DNA from: an uncultured Gemmatimonadales bacterium
GTDB lineage: Bacteria > Gemmatimonadota > Gemmatimonadetes > Longimicrobiales > RSA9
Direction of reading: 5' to 3'
Length of the DNA stretch: 64,000 nt
Assembly: GCA_963741945.1 (NCBI GenBank)
Contig: CAVUKA010000003.1
Span: 755,998-819,997, forward strand
Shown: one piece after another, positions 39,025 through 50,492 of the stretch
How the letters are laid out: each line of letters starts with the position of its first letter
How positions within the stretch are numbered: position 1 is the first letter of the stretch
Translations under genes and position numbers: made by a program
The notes under the pieces: model-generated
The model's database searches: none
Told to the model about the DNA's origin: nothing
What the model saw: the letters and a program-made list of their open reading frames with translations, nothing else

Positions 39025-41142
39025 TTACTCCCTCGGCCAGACGTTGTCGGAGGGATCCGCGTCGGGGAAGCGACCGTACGGGTCGAGAATGACCCGGGCC
39101 ACGCCGCGGCCGCCGAAATCGAGCACCGCCCGGAACGTGCGCGACCCGGAGAACCAGATGTCCACGGGCCAGCGCAGCTCGTAGGTGTTGGTCCCCACGC
39201 GAACCGCGTTCGCGGGCGCGCGGACGGCGGGCTCCGCACCGGTCAGCTCCACTCCCAGCACTACGGGCGACGGCATCTGCCCGTCCTGGCGGATCGTGAT
39301 GGTGGTCCTGCCAGCGGCGGTCGTGACGCTCTGGATCGAACCGTCGACGGCGTCGGTGCTGAACAGCCAGTAGTACCAGAACCAGCCGAGGTCGCGGCCG
39401 AGGGCGTTGCTCATGTAAAACGCGTAGTCCCACGGGCTCGGGTGCTTGAACGCCCACGCCCTCGCGTATTCGCGCATGGCGCGCCACACGGCCGTGTCCC
39501 CCACCACTCCGCCCAGACTCGAGAGCATGAGCGGCGCTTTCCCATACGCCTGGAAGCTGTAGAACGGGCCGGCGTAGTTCGACGGCCACATGAGCGGCGG
39601 CTCCAACTCCTGCCCGCTCACTTTTCCGTACGCCTGCCCCAGCCCGTCCAGCTGCGGTCGCTTTCCCTCCGCATCCGCATCCGAGAGGATGTTCATGTAC
39701 TGGTTGAAACCCTCGTCCATGAAGCCGTACCACGTCTCGTTGGTGCCCACCATCATCGGCCACCACTCGTGCCCCGTCTCGTGGTCCGCGGCGCCCACCC
39801 CCGACATGATGAACATCGGGTATTCCATCCCCATTTCCGGCCCGTCGACCATGGTCATGACCGGGAACGCGTACGGCATCCACAGCCTCGAGTAGAACTG
39901 CAGCGCGTGGCGCACCACCTCCGGCGCGCGGGCGAAGCGCTGGGCGTGCCCGGGGAGATAGAAGATGTTGAGCGGAATCCGGCCGCCGCCGGGGATATCC
40001 ACGCCCGTGGCGTCCCAGACGTAGCGGTTCGACGTGGCCCACGCCACGTCGGCCACGCTGTCCGCCACGAAGTGCCACACCAGGCGGTGGCCCGAAGCCG
40101 TGGCCGTCCCGGCGCCCTGCTGGTCCGCCGCGACGATGTGCCGCAGCTCGTCCGATGCCACCACCCCGGACAGCCGCTCCCGGACCGCCGGCGCCAGCAC
40201 TTCATCCGCGTTCTGCAGCACGCCCGTGGATGCCACCAGCCAGCCCGCCGGGACGTCGATGGTCACGTCGAAGCGGCCGAAGTTGTTGTAGAACTCCGCC
40301 GGCCCCAGGTACGGCTCGGTGTCCCAGCCACGCAGGTCGTCGAACACCGCCACCTGCGGATACCACTGCGCCACCTGGAAGAGCGTGTCCGCCCACGCGC
40401 CCATGCGCTCGCCCCGCCCGTTGAACGCCCGCGGCACCTGGAAGCTCCACTCCGCTTCCATCGTCCCCTGCCCGTGGGCGACGATCGGCGACGGCAGCGG
40501 GATCTGCACCACCGTCTCCTTGATGGCCTCGGCGATCGGCGTGCCGTAGCGCCGTCCGCTGGGCGTCACGTTCGGCCGCGTGGTATCCGCCAGGTCCACC
40601 GCCTGCCCGTTCAGCACCAGCTTCGTCAGCGTCATCCCGCCCGTGATCTCCGGCACCGCCTCCTCGCGCGGCACGTTCGCCCGGAACAGGTTCTGATCCA
40701 GCCGCAGCACGATCGTGGTCAGCGTCGAGTCGCTCGGGTTGTCGATCACTACCCGCTCGCTCCCCGTCACCGTCCGCGTCGACGGCTCCAGTCTCGCCCG
40801 GATCGTGTACTCCGTCCACAACTGCCAGTACTTCGGACCCGGCGCGCCCGTGCTGTCCCGCGTCTCCGATGCGAACGCGTTCCGGATGTTGTCCAGCATC
40901 GGGATCGTGCGACGCACCGCCCGCTCCGGCACCCCCGCTTCCCCCCCCACCCCGGCAGCGCCGGCCACTCCCGCGGGCCCAGCCGCCCCCGCCCCCGCCC
41001 CCGGCGCCGTCCCGGCTCCCGCAGCCGCCGACGGCGATCCGGTTTCCCCGCCGGGCGCGTGGGCACACGAGCCCAGGACGAGCGCGGGCAGGAGGAACAG
41101 GCCGGCCAGCGCGGCCGGACGGGTCGGGATCGTTCTGGACAC
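39025..41142 (-). CDS. M1 family metallopeptidase lipoprotein
   Basis: GMEYP, HETGHEWWP, MDEGFNQY, AYGK; lipobox LGSC. Confidence 0.9.
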   Translation of the reverse strand: MSRTIPTRPAALAGLFLLPALVLGSCAHAPGGETGSPSAAAGAGTAPGAGAGAAGPAGVAGAAGVGGEAGVPERAVRRTIPMLDNIRNAFASETRDSTGAPGPKYWQLWTEYTIRARLEPSTRTVTGSERVVIDNPSDSTLTTIVLRLDQNLFRANVPREEAVPEITGGMTLTKLVLNGQAVDLADTTRPNVTPSGRRYGTPIAEAIKETVVQIPLPSPIVAHGQGTMEAEWSFQVPRAFNGRGERMGAWADTLFQVAQWYPQVAVFDDLRGWDTEPYLGPAEFYNNFGRFDVTIDVPAGWLVASTGVLQNADEVLAPAVRERLSGVVASDELRHIVAADQQGAGTATASGHRLVWHFVADSVADVAWATSNRYVWDATGVDIPGGGRIPLNIFYLPGHAQRFARAPEVVRHALQFYSRLWMPYAFPVMTMVDGPEMGMEYPMFIMSGVGAADHETGHEWWPMMVGTNETWYGFMDEGFNQYMNILSDADAEGKRPQLDGLGQAYGKVSGQELEPPLMWPSNYAGPFYSFQAYGKAPLMLSSLGGVVGDTAVWRAMREYARAWAFKHPSPWDYAFYMSNALGRDLGWFWYYWLFSTDAVDGSIQSVTTAAGRTTITIRQDGQMPSPVVLGVELTGAEPAVRAPANAVRVGTNTYELRWPVDIWFSGSRTFRAVLDFGGRGVARVILDPYGRFPDADPSDNVWPRE

Positions 41143-41246
41143 GAGACGCTCCGCTCTTGCTGTGGGGGATCCCTCTACACCGACGTTATAGCGACTCCGC
41201 GCACGGGACGCGAGACGGGGACGCCCGCCTGCCCCGGCAGCCGCCG

Positions 41247-42023
41247 TCAGTCCGCGGACTCTTCTCCCCAGTCCCGCTCAGACTCCCGCTCCGCCAGCGT
41301 GACCAGGGCATCTTCTGCCGCTTCCGCCACTTCCGGGTTCCCGTCGCGCGTGAGGCGCTCCAGCACCGGCCGGGCGGTCGGGTGGCCGATGCGGCCGAGG
41401 AGGTCGGCAGTGTCGCCTCGGCGGGCGTCGTCGTCCGCCATGGAGCCCGCGCCCTCCAGACCGGCGATGAGCGCCGGCACGATCGGGTCCATGCCCAGCG
41501 GGTCGTACAGCAGCGACTCCTCCGCCACCAGCAGCAGTCCCATGCGGTCGTGCAGCGTGCTCGACACCCACATCTCCAGGAACGCCGCGGTGCCGCGCCC
41601 GTCGGCCAGCCGCTCCGCCGCATCGGCGTGGCGGCCTGCCTCCACCAGGGACGCGAAGACGATCCTGGCCGCGTCCGGCCCCTGTCGCTCCACCAGCCGC
41701 CGCGCCAGCTCCTGCGGTGCGACGACGCCGGTCATGATCAGCTCGTCGTCCACCACGGTCGTGGGCACCGCCCGCACTTCGTACCGCTCCATCAGCTCGC
41801 GTTCCACGGACACGTCGACCACTTCCACGACCACGTGCGGGTTGGCCATGGCCACCGTGGCCACGGAGCGCAGCTGGTGCGGACACACCGGGCACCCGGG
41901 CGCCACGAAGAGCAGCACCTCCGTATCCTTTTCCAGCGGCGCCAGCACGCCCACGACCGCTTCCACGTCGGCCGCGTCGGTCAGTGCTTCCAGTGTCTCG
42001 AAATCCGTCGATTGCTCATCCAT
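41247..42023 (-). CDS. Thioredoxin-fold (CPVC) protein with C-terminal HEAT-like repeat
   Basis: FVAPGCPVCP, YEVRAVPT, RRGDTADLLGRIG. Confidence 0.75.
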   Translation of the reverse strand: MDEQSTDFETLEALTDAADVEAVVGVLAPLEKDTEVLLFVAPGCPVCPHQLRSVATVAMANPHVVVEVVDVSVERELMERYEVRAVPTTVVDDELIMTGVVAPQELARRLVERQGPDAARIVFASLVEAGRHADAAERLADGRGTAAFLEMWVSSTLHDRMGLLLVAEESLLYDPLGMDPIVPALIAGLEGAGSMADDDARRGDTADLLGRIGHPTARPVLERLTRDGNPEVAEAAEDALVTLAERESERDWGEESAD

Positions 42024-42083
42024 GGCCGCGATACTAGCCCATTCGCGCCGCCGCGTCGAGGCGCCGACCGCCCGCGCTGGGGG

Positions 42084-42743
42084 TCATCCCGCCGCAAGGT
42101 CGGCCCGCGGCTCGCGACGTCGCCGCAGCAGGATCATCGCCACGGCCACGGCCGCGCTGACCGGCAGCCCCACGTCCTGGACCACGCCGAACGCGAAGAC
42201 CGCCGACGTCCCGACCAGCGCCCAGAGCACGGGGATCGCGAGAAGCCACCCGGGCGCACGGGGCGCGAGCAGCAGCATCCCGAACGTGTAGATCACCACC
42301 GGACATGGCGCGCCGAAAGTGGGACTGTCGAACCAGGCATGGCCCGTGGCACTGCCCAGCACCGGGTAGACGACGAGGGCATACGCCAGCATCAGCGCAG
42401 CGAGCAGGCCGGCCGCGTCGGGCGCGATCCCGAACGGCACCGGCCGGCGCACCACGCCCACCCACAGGAACAGCGCCGCCTGGACCACGAACAGGGCTCC
42501 GAACGCCAGCGCCGGCGGGTTCACCGCGCTGAAGTGGAGGATGTGGTAGGCGATCCCCGTCCAGAGCCAGAGCGCGGCAAGGAACGCCCACACCCACCGG
42601 GCAGACCGCGCGCCGCGCCGAACGGCGAGGGCCACGGCCACCACCGCACCCACGAGCAGGACCAGCTGCGCCGGCCAGACCGCGTGGTTGTAGGAAGTGA
42701 AGACGCCAAAGAACGCTTCGCGGGAGAACGGCATCTGGCCCAT
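42084..42743 (-). CDS. DUF6064-like membrane protein
   Basis: PFS..AFFGVF..YN..VWP.Q, LWLWTGIAYH..HF..VN, PTFG.PCP..IYTFG. Confidence 0.7.
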   Translation of the reverse strand: MGQMPFSREAFFGVFTSYNHAVWPAQLVLLVGAVVAVALAVRRGARSARWVWAFLAALWLWTGIAYHILHFSAVNPPALAFGALFVVQAALFLWVGVVRRPVPFGIAPDAAGLLAALMLAYALVVYPVLGSATGHAWFDSPTFGAPCPVVIYTFGMLLLAPRAPGWLLAIPVLWALVGTSAVFAFGVVQDVGLPVSAAVAVAMILLRRRREPRADLAAG

Positions 42744-42933
42744 GGAGCCTCCTTTTCGGGGGGAGTCGACTCCGAACATGTGACGCGGGGCAGGCTCCCG
42801 CTGTAGGGAAATGCCCCAAACCGGAGCATCCCCCGCTGCGATCGCGCCTCCAGCGGCGCGGCCACGTCGGAGGCGGGGGAGCGATTCCTGGACCCCGGTC
42901 CGCCGCGATCGGCGACCGCCACCCCGGCCGCGG

Positions 42934-44013
42934 CTAGGGCGTGACCAGGAGGAAGGCGAGCCCGAAGAGCGCGTAGACGGCCAGGAGCAGCACGCCTTCG
43001 AACCACGTCACCTCGCCGTCCTGGGCAATGGCATTCACGATGAAGGCCACGCTCGCGATGGCGATCAGCTCCACCGGGTTCTCGAACACCAGGTTCATGG
43101 GCGAGCCCATGGCGTACGAGACCAGGACCAGCACCGGCGCGAGCAGCAGCGCCACCTGGATGGTGGAGCCCACGGTGATGCTCATGACGAGGCTCATGCG
43201 ACCCTGGCGGGCGAAGTGGACCGCGGACACGTACTCCGCCGCGTTGCCCACTACCGCCAGCACGATCACGCCCAGGAAGAACGGCGTCAGGCCGAACCCC
43301 TCCGCCGTGGCGTCCAGTGCGCCCGAAACCAGCTCGGCCTCCACGGCCGTGATCGCCGTCCCGCCGGCGAGGACGACGAGGGAGAGCCAGACGGGCCAGA
43401 CGCCGCCCTCGGCGCCAGCCACCGCCTCGTCGTCCTCACGGGCGAACACGTCCCGGTGCGTCACGAAGGTGTAGACCAGATTGGCGACGTAGACCAGCAC
43501 CAGCACCACGGCCACGCCGAGGCTCAGCGTCTCGTCCAGCGCCGACACCGTGGCGGCGCCCTGAACGCCGCGCTCCATGTAGTCGAACAGGGCGGGCAGG
43601 AGCAGCGCGATCACCGACAGCACCAGCAGGCTCGAGAGCAGTCCGGCGCGCTCCCGGTTGAACGTGCGATGCTCCCGCCCCCACGTTCCCACCACCACCG
43701 CCAGCCCCAGCCCCAGCAGGCTGTTGCCGATGATGGAGCCCGTGATCTGCGCTTTCGCCACGGCCGCGTTTCCCGCCGCCAGGACGAACAGCGCCAGGAT
43801 CAGCTCGGCCGTGTTGCCGAACGTCACGTTCAGCAGCCCGCCCACCGCCGGGCCCGCCCGGCGCGCCAGGTGGTCCGTGGCCCGCCGGATCCACTCCGCC
43901 AGCGGCGCGATGGCCGCCACGGCCGCGGCGAACACCCACAGCGGCGAGACGTGCGCCACGTACTCCAGCGCGAGGGAGACGGGGACGAGGAGAAGGAGCC
44001 AGGCCGAGATCAT
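42934..44013 (-). CDS. Ca2+/H+ exchanger (CAX/ChaA family)
   Basis: Alpha repeats [15 protein letters not shown] and [15 protein letters not shown]. Confidence 0.92.
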   Translation of the reverse strand: MISAWLLLLVPVSLALEYVAHVSPLWVFAAAVAAIAPLAEWIRRATDHLARRAGPAVGGLLNVTFGNTAELILALFVLAAGNAAVAKAQITGSIIGNSLLGLGLAVVVGTWGREHRTFNRERAGLLSSLLVLSVIALLLPALFDYMERGVQGAATVSALDETLSLGVAVVLVLVYVANLVYTFVTHRDVFAREDDEAVAGAEGGVWPVWLSLVVLAGGTAITAVEAELVSGALDATAEGFGLTPFFLGVIVLAVVGNAAEYVSAVHFARQGRMSLVMSITVGSTIQVALLLAPVLVLVSYAMGSPMNLVFENPVELIAIASVAFIVNAIAQDGEVTWFEGVLLLAVYALFGLAFLLVTP

Positions 44014-44032
44014 GGGCGTGGGTCCGGACGGA

Positions 44033-44929
44033 TCATCTCCGGATGACGAAGACGGCGCCCGTGGCCGCAGCTGCGGTCCAGGGCACCCGCTCCTCCACTC
44101 CGCCCTGCCGCCAGACCAGTGTCGCGAGGCCCGGGTCGACCGGTCCCAGATCGAGCTCGACCTCATGGCCAGGGCCGAGGAGAATCGGATCGGCGTCAGC
44201 ACCCGGACCCCGGAGCATCACCTCGACGGCGGAGGCCAGGCCATTCCGCACCGTCAGTGACCGGAGATTCGCCACCGCCGGTCCATCCTCGCGGCCTGCA
44301 GCGGCTTCGCCGGTCTCCGCGTCGCTGTGTAGACGCGAAGGCGACGGCTCCGCCCCATCCGGTCCGACGTTCTCGGCACCCCGAGGATCTGTCGGTTCCA
44401 CCGTGGCGCCGTCCCCGGCGGTGGACGCCGGTTCCGCCGTGGCAGCGTACCCGGCAGCGGAACCCGGTTCCACCGTGGCGCCGTCCCCGACGGCGTCCGC
44501 CGGTTCCGCCGGTTCCCTCGACACCGGCTCGGGCGAGAGCTGGACCAGCGGTCGGGGCCGATCATGGTCGGGGCGCTCCGCACCGCCGCTGCGGATGCCG
44601 CCCCGCGGCCCGGGAGTCGGCTGCTCCGTCGTCGCACCGATGGTCGCGTCGTACCGGGCAGCCCCGCTCAGGAAGCGGCCCCAGTCGGGCCAGAGCGTCG
44701 CAACCCATCCCACCAGCAGCACGGCGAGCAGGCCGGCCACGACGTTCGCCCACGTGGCCCTGACGGACACGAGCTCGACCGTCGCGCCGAGACCGAAACC
44801 CAGACCCATTCCGCTCAGGAGAATGACTTTGGGCGCCTCCGCGATATACAGCCCTGTCCCGGCGAGCAGGGCCAGCACCGACCCGCCGGCGACGGCGGCG
44901 AGAAGGGCGCTCGGGGTTCGTTTGGCCAC
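44033..44929 (-). CDS. Hypothetical membrane protein with low-complexity linker
   Basis: Three N-terminal TM segments, duplicated GDGATVEP, beta-rich C-terminus. Confidence 0.55.
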   Translation of the reverse strand: MAKRTPSALLAAVAGGSVLALLAGTGLYIAEAPKVILLSGMGLGFGLGATVELVSVRATWANVVAGLLAVLLVGWVATLWPDWGRFLSGAARYDATIGATTEQPTPGPRGGIRSGGAERPDHDRPRPLVQLSPEPVSREPAEPADAVGDGATVEPGSAAGYAATAEPASTAGDGATVEPTDPRGAENVGPDGAEPSPSRLHSDAETGEAAAGREDGPAVANLRSLTVRNGLASAVEVMLRGPGADADPILLGPGHEVELDLGPVDPGLATLVWRQGGVEERVPWTAAAATGAVFVIRR

Positions 44930-45043
44930 GAGACCTCTACGCGTTGATCAGGTGATTTTCGCTGTAACGTAAGGTGCGGGCGCCCACCGCGCAGGTCCTC
45001 GCCCCCTGGAGCGGCCGGCGCGTCGATCCGCTACCTTCCCGCC

Positions 45044-45694
45044 ATGATCACCACGGGCTGGAGCGTCGCCGCGGCGGCCGCCGCGGTCACCCTGATCGCA
45101 GGCATCGGAGCCGCCGTCGCGGACGCCGCAGGCAAGCCGGGACGCGGCCCGCTCAAGATGCTGGCCGCGTCCGGATACCTGGCGTTCGCATGGAGCCAGG
45201 GCGCGCTGGAGTCGCCGTACGGCCGCGTGGTCTTCCTGGCTCTCGGGCTCTCCTGGGCCGGCGACTTCCTCCTCCTCGGCGACGGCCGCCGCGCCTTCGT
45301 CGCCGGGCTCGTCGCGTTCCTCCTGGCCCACCTGGCCTTCGCCGCCGCGTTCACCCTCCACGGCGTGACCGCGCCCGTGGCCGCCGGGGCCGGCGTCGCC
45401 ATGCTGGCGGTGGACGCCATGGTCCTGCGCTGGCTCCTGGCCGCCGACCTCCCGGCGCCCATGCGCGCTCCGCTGACAGCCTACCTCGTGGCCATTGCCC
45501 TCATGGTGGCGCTGGCCGCGGGCACGGGGAGTGCAGGGGTGGCCGCGGGCGCCATCGCCTTCGCGGCGTCCGACATTTTCGTCGCCCGGCAGCGCTTCGT
45601 GCGACGCTCCGCCATGAACCGGCTCATCGGGCTCCCCCTCTACTTCGCCGGGCAGCTTCTGCTGGCGGCCTCGGTGGGCGGGCCCGGCGCCTGA
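45044..45694 (+). CDS. YhhN / lysoplasmalogenase family
   Basis: SWAGDFLL, F..GL..FLLAH, F..SD, YF.GQ. Confidence 0.85.
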   Translation: MITTGWSVAAAAAAVTLIAGIGAAVADAAGKPGRGPLKMLAASGYLAFAWSQGALESPYGRVVFLALGLSWAGDFLLLGDGRRAFVAGLVAFLLAHLAFAAAFTLHGVTAPVAAGAGVAMLAVDAMVLRWLLAADLPAPMRAPLTAYLVAIALMVALAAGTGSAGVAAGAIAFAASDIFVARQRFVRRSAMNRLIGLPLYFAGQLLLAASVGGPGA

Positions 45695-45789
45695 GCCCCG
45701 GCGTCGGCGGCCGTCGCTTGCCCCGGCCGCCCGAGCGTCGCAATCGTCGCCACAATCAGCCGAAACACTCCACTGAAAGGACGGCAACC

Positions 45790-46164
45790 ATGCGATACAC
45801 GCTCTTCCTGCACTACGCCGAGCCGGCACCGGGCGAGCTCGACGACGCGACCATGGAGGCGGGGAGGACGGCAATGCGCGACTACGCGCAGGCGCTGGTG
45901 CGCGCCGGTGTCCTCGTCTCCGCGGAAGTCTTCCAGCCGTCCGCCCGCGCCACCACCGTCCGCGTGGCGGATGGCGCGCCCCGCGTCCACGACGGGCCGT
46001 TCACCGGGAGCAGGGAACAGATCGGCGGCACGTTCGTCCTGGATGTCCCCGACCGCGAGAGCGCCGTCGACTGGGCGACGAAGTGCCCGGCCGCACGGTG
46101 GGGCGCAGTCGAGCTCCGTCCGGCCGCCGCGCGCGTCGTCGACGGCCACTGGGTGGAAGCCTGA
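45790..46164 (+). CDS. YciI (DGPF) family protein
   Basis: ATTVRV...HDGPF..SREQIGG, A..WA.KCP, VELRP. Confidence 0.88.
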   Translation: MRYTLFLHYAEPAPGELDDATMEAGRTAMRDYAQALVRAGVLVSAEVFQPSARATTVRVADGAPRVHDGPFTGSREQIGGTFVLDVPDRESAVDWATKCPAARWGAVELRPAAARVVDGHWVEA

Positions 46165-46264
46165 GTCCTCGAGTTCGCGGGCGCGGCCGTTCCCACCCCG
46201 CCGGCCCGGTTCTTCCAACGTTCCGGCCCTCGCTCGCCGCACGCACCCGTGACCCGACCGATCC

Positions 46265-48316
46265 ATGACCCACGCACACTCCGCCACAGGGGCTCCCCGG
46301 GGCACCCGCGACTCCGCCGCGGAAGCTGGCGGGGCCACCGCCGCCCGCGGTGCCGCCATAGCCGCCGCCGTAGCCGCCACCCTCCCTGCCGCCGTAGTCG
46401 CCGCCTGCGCCTTCGCCCTCGCCCTCGCGCCGCGGCCCGCCACCGCCCAGGCCGGCGTGGCCGCGGCCGCCGCGCCGGACACCGGGCTCTGGGTTCCGCG
46501 CAACATCGAGGCGGCCATCGCCGCCGGGACCCGCACCCTCACCGGCGCACCGGGGCCCCGGTACTGGCAGAACCACGCGCGCTACAGCATCGACCTCTTC
46601 CTCAGCCCGCCGTCGCCGACCGTGCACGGGGAGGCGGAGATCGTCTACCACAACGAGAGCCCGGACACGCTGGACCACCTCGTGTTCAAGCTCATCGGCA
46701 ACATCCACAAGCCGGGCGCGGCCCGGAGCAGAGGCGTGCCGCCGGAGTTCCTGACGAGCGGGATCCGCATCGACTCGTTCGCGGTGAACGGCACCGTCGC
46801 CGGGTTCCCGCAGGGTGCCATGGTATTCACCACGCCCGCCGTCGGGCTGCCGGAGCCCCTTCTCCCGGGCGACTCCGTCCACCTCGCCATCGGCTGGCGC
46901 TACGACCTCGCCCCGTCCGGCCCCACCGGGGCGCGCGAGGGCGTGGTAGACGCCACGTCGTTCTTCCTCGCCTACTTCTATCCGGAAGTGGCCGTCTACG
47001 ACGACTATCAGGGATGGGACGACATCGCGTTCAACGGCCGCCAGGAGTTCTACACCGACTTCAACGACTACGACGTCCGCGTTCACGTCCCGGCCGGGTT
47101 CGTGGTCTGGGGGACGGGGACGCTGCACGACCCGGAGCGCCTGCTCCAGCCGGGCGCGCTCCGGCGCTACCGCGCGTCGCTGGAGGCGGACGCCGTCGTC
47201 CATATCGCGACGGCGGACCAGATGCTGGCCGGCCGGATCACCACGCCGGGCCCGCCGCTGACCTGGCGCTTCACGTCCAGCCACATCCCCGATGTGGCGT
47301 TCGGCGTCAGTGACCACTACGCCTGGGACGGCACCAGCGTGGTCGTGGATAGCGCCACCGGCCGGCGCGCCAGCGTGCAGAGCGCGTACAGCGCGGACGC
47401 CGCCGACTACCCGTTCATGACTCGTTGGGCCGCCCACGCCCTCGACTACTTCTCCCGCCGGTGGCCGGGCGTGCCATACCCCTACGAGAAGTCCACCATC
47501 TTCCAGGGCGACGCCGACATGGAGTACCCGATGATGGTCAACGACGCCGCCGAGCCCGACACCGCCATCTCCCGCTGGGTGGCCGAGCACGAGATCGCCC
47601 ACACCTACATGCCCTTCTACATGGGGATCGACCAGACCCGCTGGGGCTTCATGGACGAGGGGTGGGCCACCGCCTTCGAGTACTTCATCAACCGGGCGAA
47701 CATGGGCGAGGCGTGGGCGGACAGCCTCTTCCGGGCGGTCCGCGTCCGCGACTGGATCACTGACCCGTCGCCCGCCGAGGACGTGGCCATCATCACCCCC
47801 GAGGAGATCCTCGGCGCCAGCGTCACCTACGCACACAACGCCTACGGCAAGCCCGCCCTCGGGTACCTGGCCGTGAAGGACCTCCTCGGCGACACGCTCT
47901 TCCGTCGCGCGCTCCACGCCTACATGGCCACCTGGCATGGCAGGCACCCGTCGCCATGGGACTTCTTCTATTCATTCAATACGACGACGGGCCGCGACCT
48001 CGACTGGTTCTGGCAGCGCTGGTTCTTCGCCAACAGCTACATCGACCGCAGGCTCGTGGGCGTCGCGCGCACCGGCGACGGTTACCGGCTCTCCGTCCGG
48101 AACGTGGGTGGGATGCCCGCGCCGTTCGACGTGGTCCTCACGTTCGCGGACGGGTCCACGCGGCGAGTCCACCAGACGCCGGCCGTCTGGAAGGCGGACC
48201 CCGACATGGCCACGTTCACAGTCCCCACCGACCGGCCGGTCCGCGCCATCAGGCTGGACGGCGGGATCTGGATGGACGCGACACCCGCGGACGACGGCTG
48301 GACAACGCCCGAATAG
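46265..48316 (+). CDS. M1 family metallopeptidase (secreted)
   Basis: DMEYPM, HEIAHTYMP, MDEGWAT, NAYGKP. Confidence 0.9.
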   Translation: MTHAHSATGAPRGTRDSAAEAGGATAARGAAIAAAVAATLPAAVVAACAFALALAPRPATAQAGVAAAAAPDTGLWVPRNIEAAIAAGTRTLTGAPGPRYWQNHARYSIDLFLSPPSPTVHGEAEIVYHNESPDTLDHLVFKLIGNIHKPGAARSRGVPPEFLTSGIRIDSFAVNGTVAGFPQGAMVFTTPAVGLPEPLLPGDSVHLAIGWRYDLAPSGPTGAREGVVDATSFFLAYFYPEVAVYDDYQGWDDIAFNGRQEFYTDFNDYDVRVHVPAGFVVWGTGTLHDPERLLQPGALRRYRASLEADAVVHIATADQMLAGRITTPGPPLTWRFTSSHIPDVAFGVSDHYAWDGTSVVVDSATGRRASVQSAYSADAADYPFMTRWAAHALDYFSRRWPGVPYPYEKSTIFQGDADMEYPMMVNDAAEPDTAISRWVAEHEIAHTYMPFYMGIDQTRWGFMDEGWATAFEYFINRANMGEAWADSLFRAVRVRDWITDPSPAEDVAIITPEEILGASVTYAHNAYGKPALGYLAVKDLLGDTLFRRALHAYMATWHGRHPSPWDFFYSFNTTTGRDLDWFWQRWFFANSYIDRRLVGVARTGDGYRLSVRNVGGMPAPFDVVLTFADGSTRRVHQTPAVWKADPDMATFTVPTDRPVRAIRLDGGIWMDATPADDGWTTPE

Positions 48317-48332
48317 CCGGCGGCACGCGGCG

Positions 48333-50480
48333 TCAGTCGCGCTCGCTCGTTTCCCTGGAAGGCTCGCCCGCGCGGGATCCATCGGATCTCCGGGCACGCT
48401 GGAGCTGCTCTTCGGTGCTGCCGGGCTCGAGTCGTCGGGGCAGCTCCACGATGAAGGTGGAGCCGACACCATACTCGCTCTCGACCTGGATCCTGCCGTT
48501 CAGCAGTGCGACCAGCTTCCGTGTGATCGTGAGACCGAGCCCCGTCCCCCCGTACTCGCGGGTGGGGGACTGGTCCACCTGGCGGAAGTCCGCGAACACG
48601 GCCTCCAGGTTCTCCGCCTTGATCCCGATTCCGGTGTCGCTCACGTCGATCCGCAGACGATCGTCCGCGAGCGGGCGCGCCCTCAGCGTCACGCCGCCCT
48701 CGGACGTGAACTTGATGGCGTTGGAAAGCAGGTTCAGCAGGATCTGCTTGAGCTTCATGCGGTCGGTGAAGAGGGTCGGGAAGTCCTTCTCCACTTCGAC
48801 GGTCAGCGTCAGCTGCTTCTCACGGACGAGCGGGTCGAGCGCCCCGGTCAGCTCGCCCACGACCTGGGGCACCGATACGTCGTCGAGATGAACGGGCATC
48901 TTCCCCGCTTCGATCTTCGACAGGTCCAGGATGTCGTTGATCAGCTCCAGCAGGTGCTGCGTGGCGATGTCCACCCGCTTCAGCCCTCTCTTCTGCTGGT
49001 CGGTCAGCGGGCCGTAGATCTCGTCGCGCAGCAGCGAGGTGTAGCCGATCACCGCGTTGATCGGCGTTCGCAGCTCGTGGCTCATGGTCGCCAGGAAGTT
49101 GCTCTTCAGTCGCGAGGCCCGCTCCAGCTCCTGGCTCTGCCATTCCAGCCGCCGGTTCCGCTCCTCCAGCTCCACGGTCGCCAGATGGATCCGCTCCTCC
49201 AACTGGTCGTTGAGCTCCCGCAGCTCCCGCGCGAGCCGCTCGTTCTCGACCATCTGCGTGAGGTCGTGGATCACGCTCACGATGGCCGTCGCCTCCCCCC
49301 GGGCGTTCAGGATCTTGCTGCTCACCACCTCGGCCGTGAAGCTGGTCCCGCTCTCCGGCGCCTGCAGGTCGAGTGTCTGGACGAGCCGCGTCTCCGGCTC
49401 CAGGAGAAAGTCGCTGATCAGGCTGGTGAGCTTCATGTCGTTCGCCCGCACGGCCCGCTTCCGGTCCGGACCGGCCGCCTCGGGCCGCTGTGGGTCGAAC
49501 AGCAGCTCCGCCTCCCGGTTCATCAGGATGATGTTGGAGTGGTCATCCGTGAGGAGGATGGGGTCACCGACGTTCTCCAGCGTGGCGTTCAGCCGCTCCC
49601 ACTCCTGCCGGACCCGCTCCTCGGCGGTCCGCGACCGTCGGAACTCGGCCTCCAGCTCGGTCAGCGCCCGCTTCAGGTCCGTGATGTTGCGGAGGATCGA
49701 CAGGTACGAGCGTTCCATTCCTTCCCGCTCCACCGGTGCCGGAAGCACTTCGAAGAGCAGGTCCGACCCGTCCGTGGGGTGGACCAGGCTCAGCTCCCGC
49801 GGCTTGGCGGTGCTGGTGCTGATCACGGAGCGCGTGAGGAACGAGCTGAACAGCAGGTTGTTCAGCTGGATGGCCCGGCGGCGGCCGTCGCTGTCCCCGG
49901 GCTGGGTGGCGAACAGCTGCTCTGCCCGGTCGTTCGCCAGCAGGATGTTGTTGCTGGCGTTGGTCAGCAGGACAGGGTCGGGGAGGCTGTTGACGATCGT
50001 GGTGAGCAGCTCACGGTCCCGCGACAGGCACTGGGCACGCCGCTGCAGCTCGCTCAGGAGGCGGATCCGGTCCAGCTCGGGCGCGTGCTCCTCGAACACG
50101 CCCCGGAACGATGCCACCGCGCTTTCGCTGGCATCGGCCTCCACCAGCGCTGCGCCCCAGCTGGAATCGCTGCGGCCGAGGCGCAGCAGCAGGACGTCGC
50201 TCGGCGCAGCTTCCGGCACGCGCACCCGCCCGCTGCCTGGCGTGCGCAGCCCTGCGCCGAGCGGCGTGTCCGGGTCGGACGCCGCCCGCTCCAGCGCCCG
50301 GACCCCGTTTCCCTGGTGGCCGAAGCCCAGCGCGCGATACCGGTCGCCGTTCTGGAAAACGACGAACGCGCGATGCACGCCGCTTCCGTTGACAGCCTGC
50401 TCCAGCACCAGTGTCACTGCTTCATCGAGGTCGCCCGTCCGGGCGAGGCGAGCCGCGAGGGAGGGAGAGGGGGACCCCAT
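48333..50480 (-). CDS. Soluble histidine kinase (degenerate GAF-like region, two PAS, HisKA, HATPase) directly downstream of gvpA
   Basis: FLATMSHELRTP, NLLSNAIKFT, DTGIGI, GGTGLGL; PAS starts LPDPVLLT and VGDPILLT; no TM segment. Confidence 0.9.
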   Translation of the reverse strand: MGSPSPSLAARLARTGDLDEAVTLVLEQAVNGSGVHRAFVVFQNGDRYRALGFGHQGNGVRALERAASDPDTPLGAGLRTPGSGRVRVPEAAPSDVLLLRLGRSDSSWGAALVEADASESAVASFRGVFEEHAPELDRIRLLSELQRRAQCLSRDRELLTTIVNSLPDPVLLTNASNNILLANDRAEQLFATQPGDSDGRRRAIQLNNLLFSSFLTRSVISTSTAKPRELSLVHPTDGSDLLFEVLPAPVEREGMERSYLSILRNITDLKRALTELEAEFRRSRTAEERVRQEWERLNATLENVGDPILLTDDHSNIILMNREAELLFDPQRPEAAGPDRKRAVRANDMKLTSLISDFLLEPETRLVQTLDLQAPESGTSFTAEVVSSKILNARGEATAIVSVIHDLTQMVENERLARELRELNDQLEERIHLATVELEERNRRLEWQSQELERASRLKSNFLATMSHELRTPINAVIGYTSLLRDEIYGPLTDQQKRGLKRVDIATQHLLELINDILDLSKIEAGKMPVHLDDVSVPQVVGELTGALDPLVREKQLTLTVEVEKDFPTLFTDRMKLKQILLNLLSNAIKFTSEGGVTLRARPLADDRLRIDVSDTGIGIKAENLEAVFADFRQVDQSPTREYGGTGLGLTITRKLVALLNGRIQVESEYGVGSTFIVELPRRLEPGSTEEQLQRARRSDGSRAGEPSRETSERD

Positions 50481-50492
50481 CACGCGCCCGAC

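Noticed and set aside
44394-44489. 24-bp direct repeat with 72-bp spacing
   Set aside because: In-frame duplication within a low-complexity protein linker (GDGATVEP), not a mobile-element end
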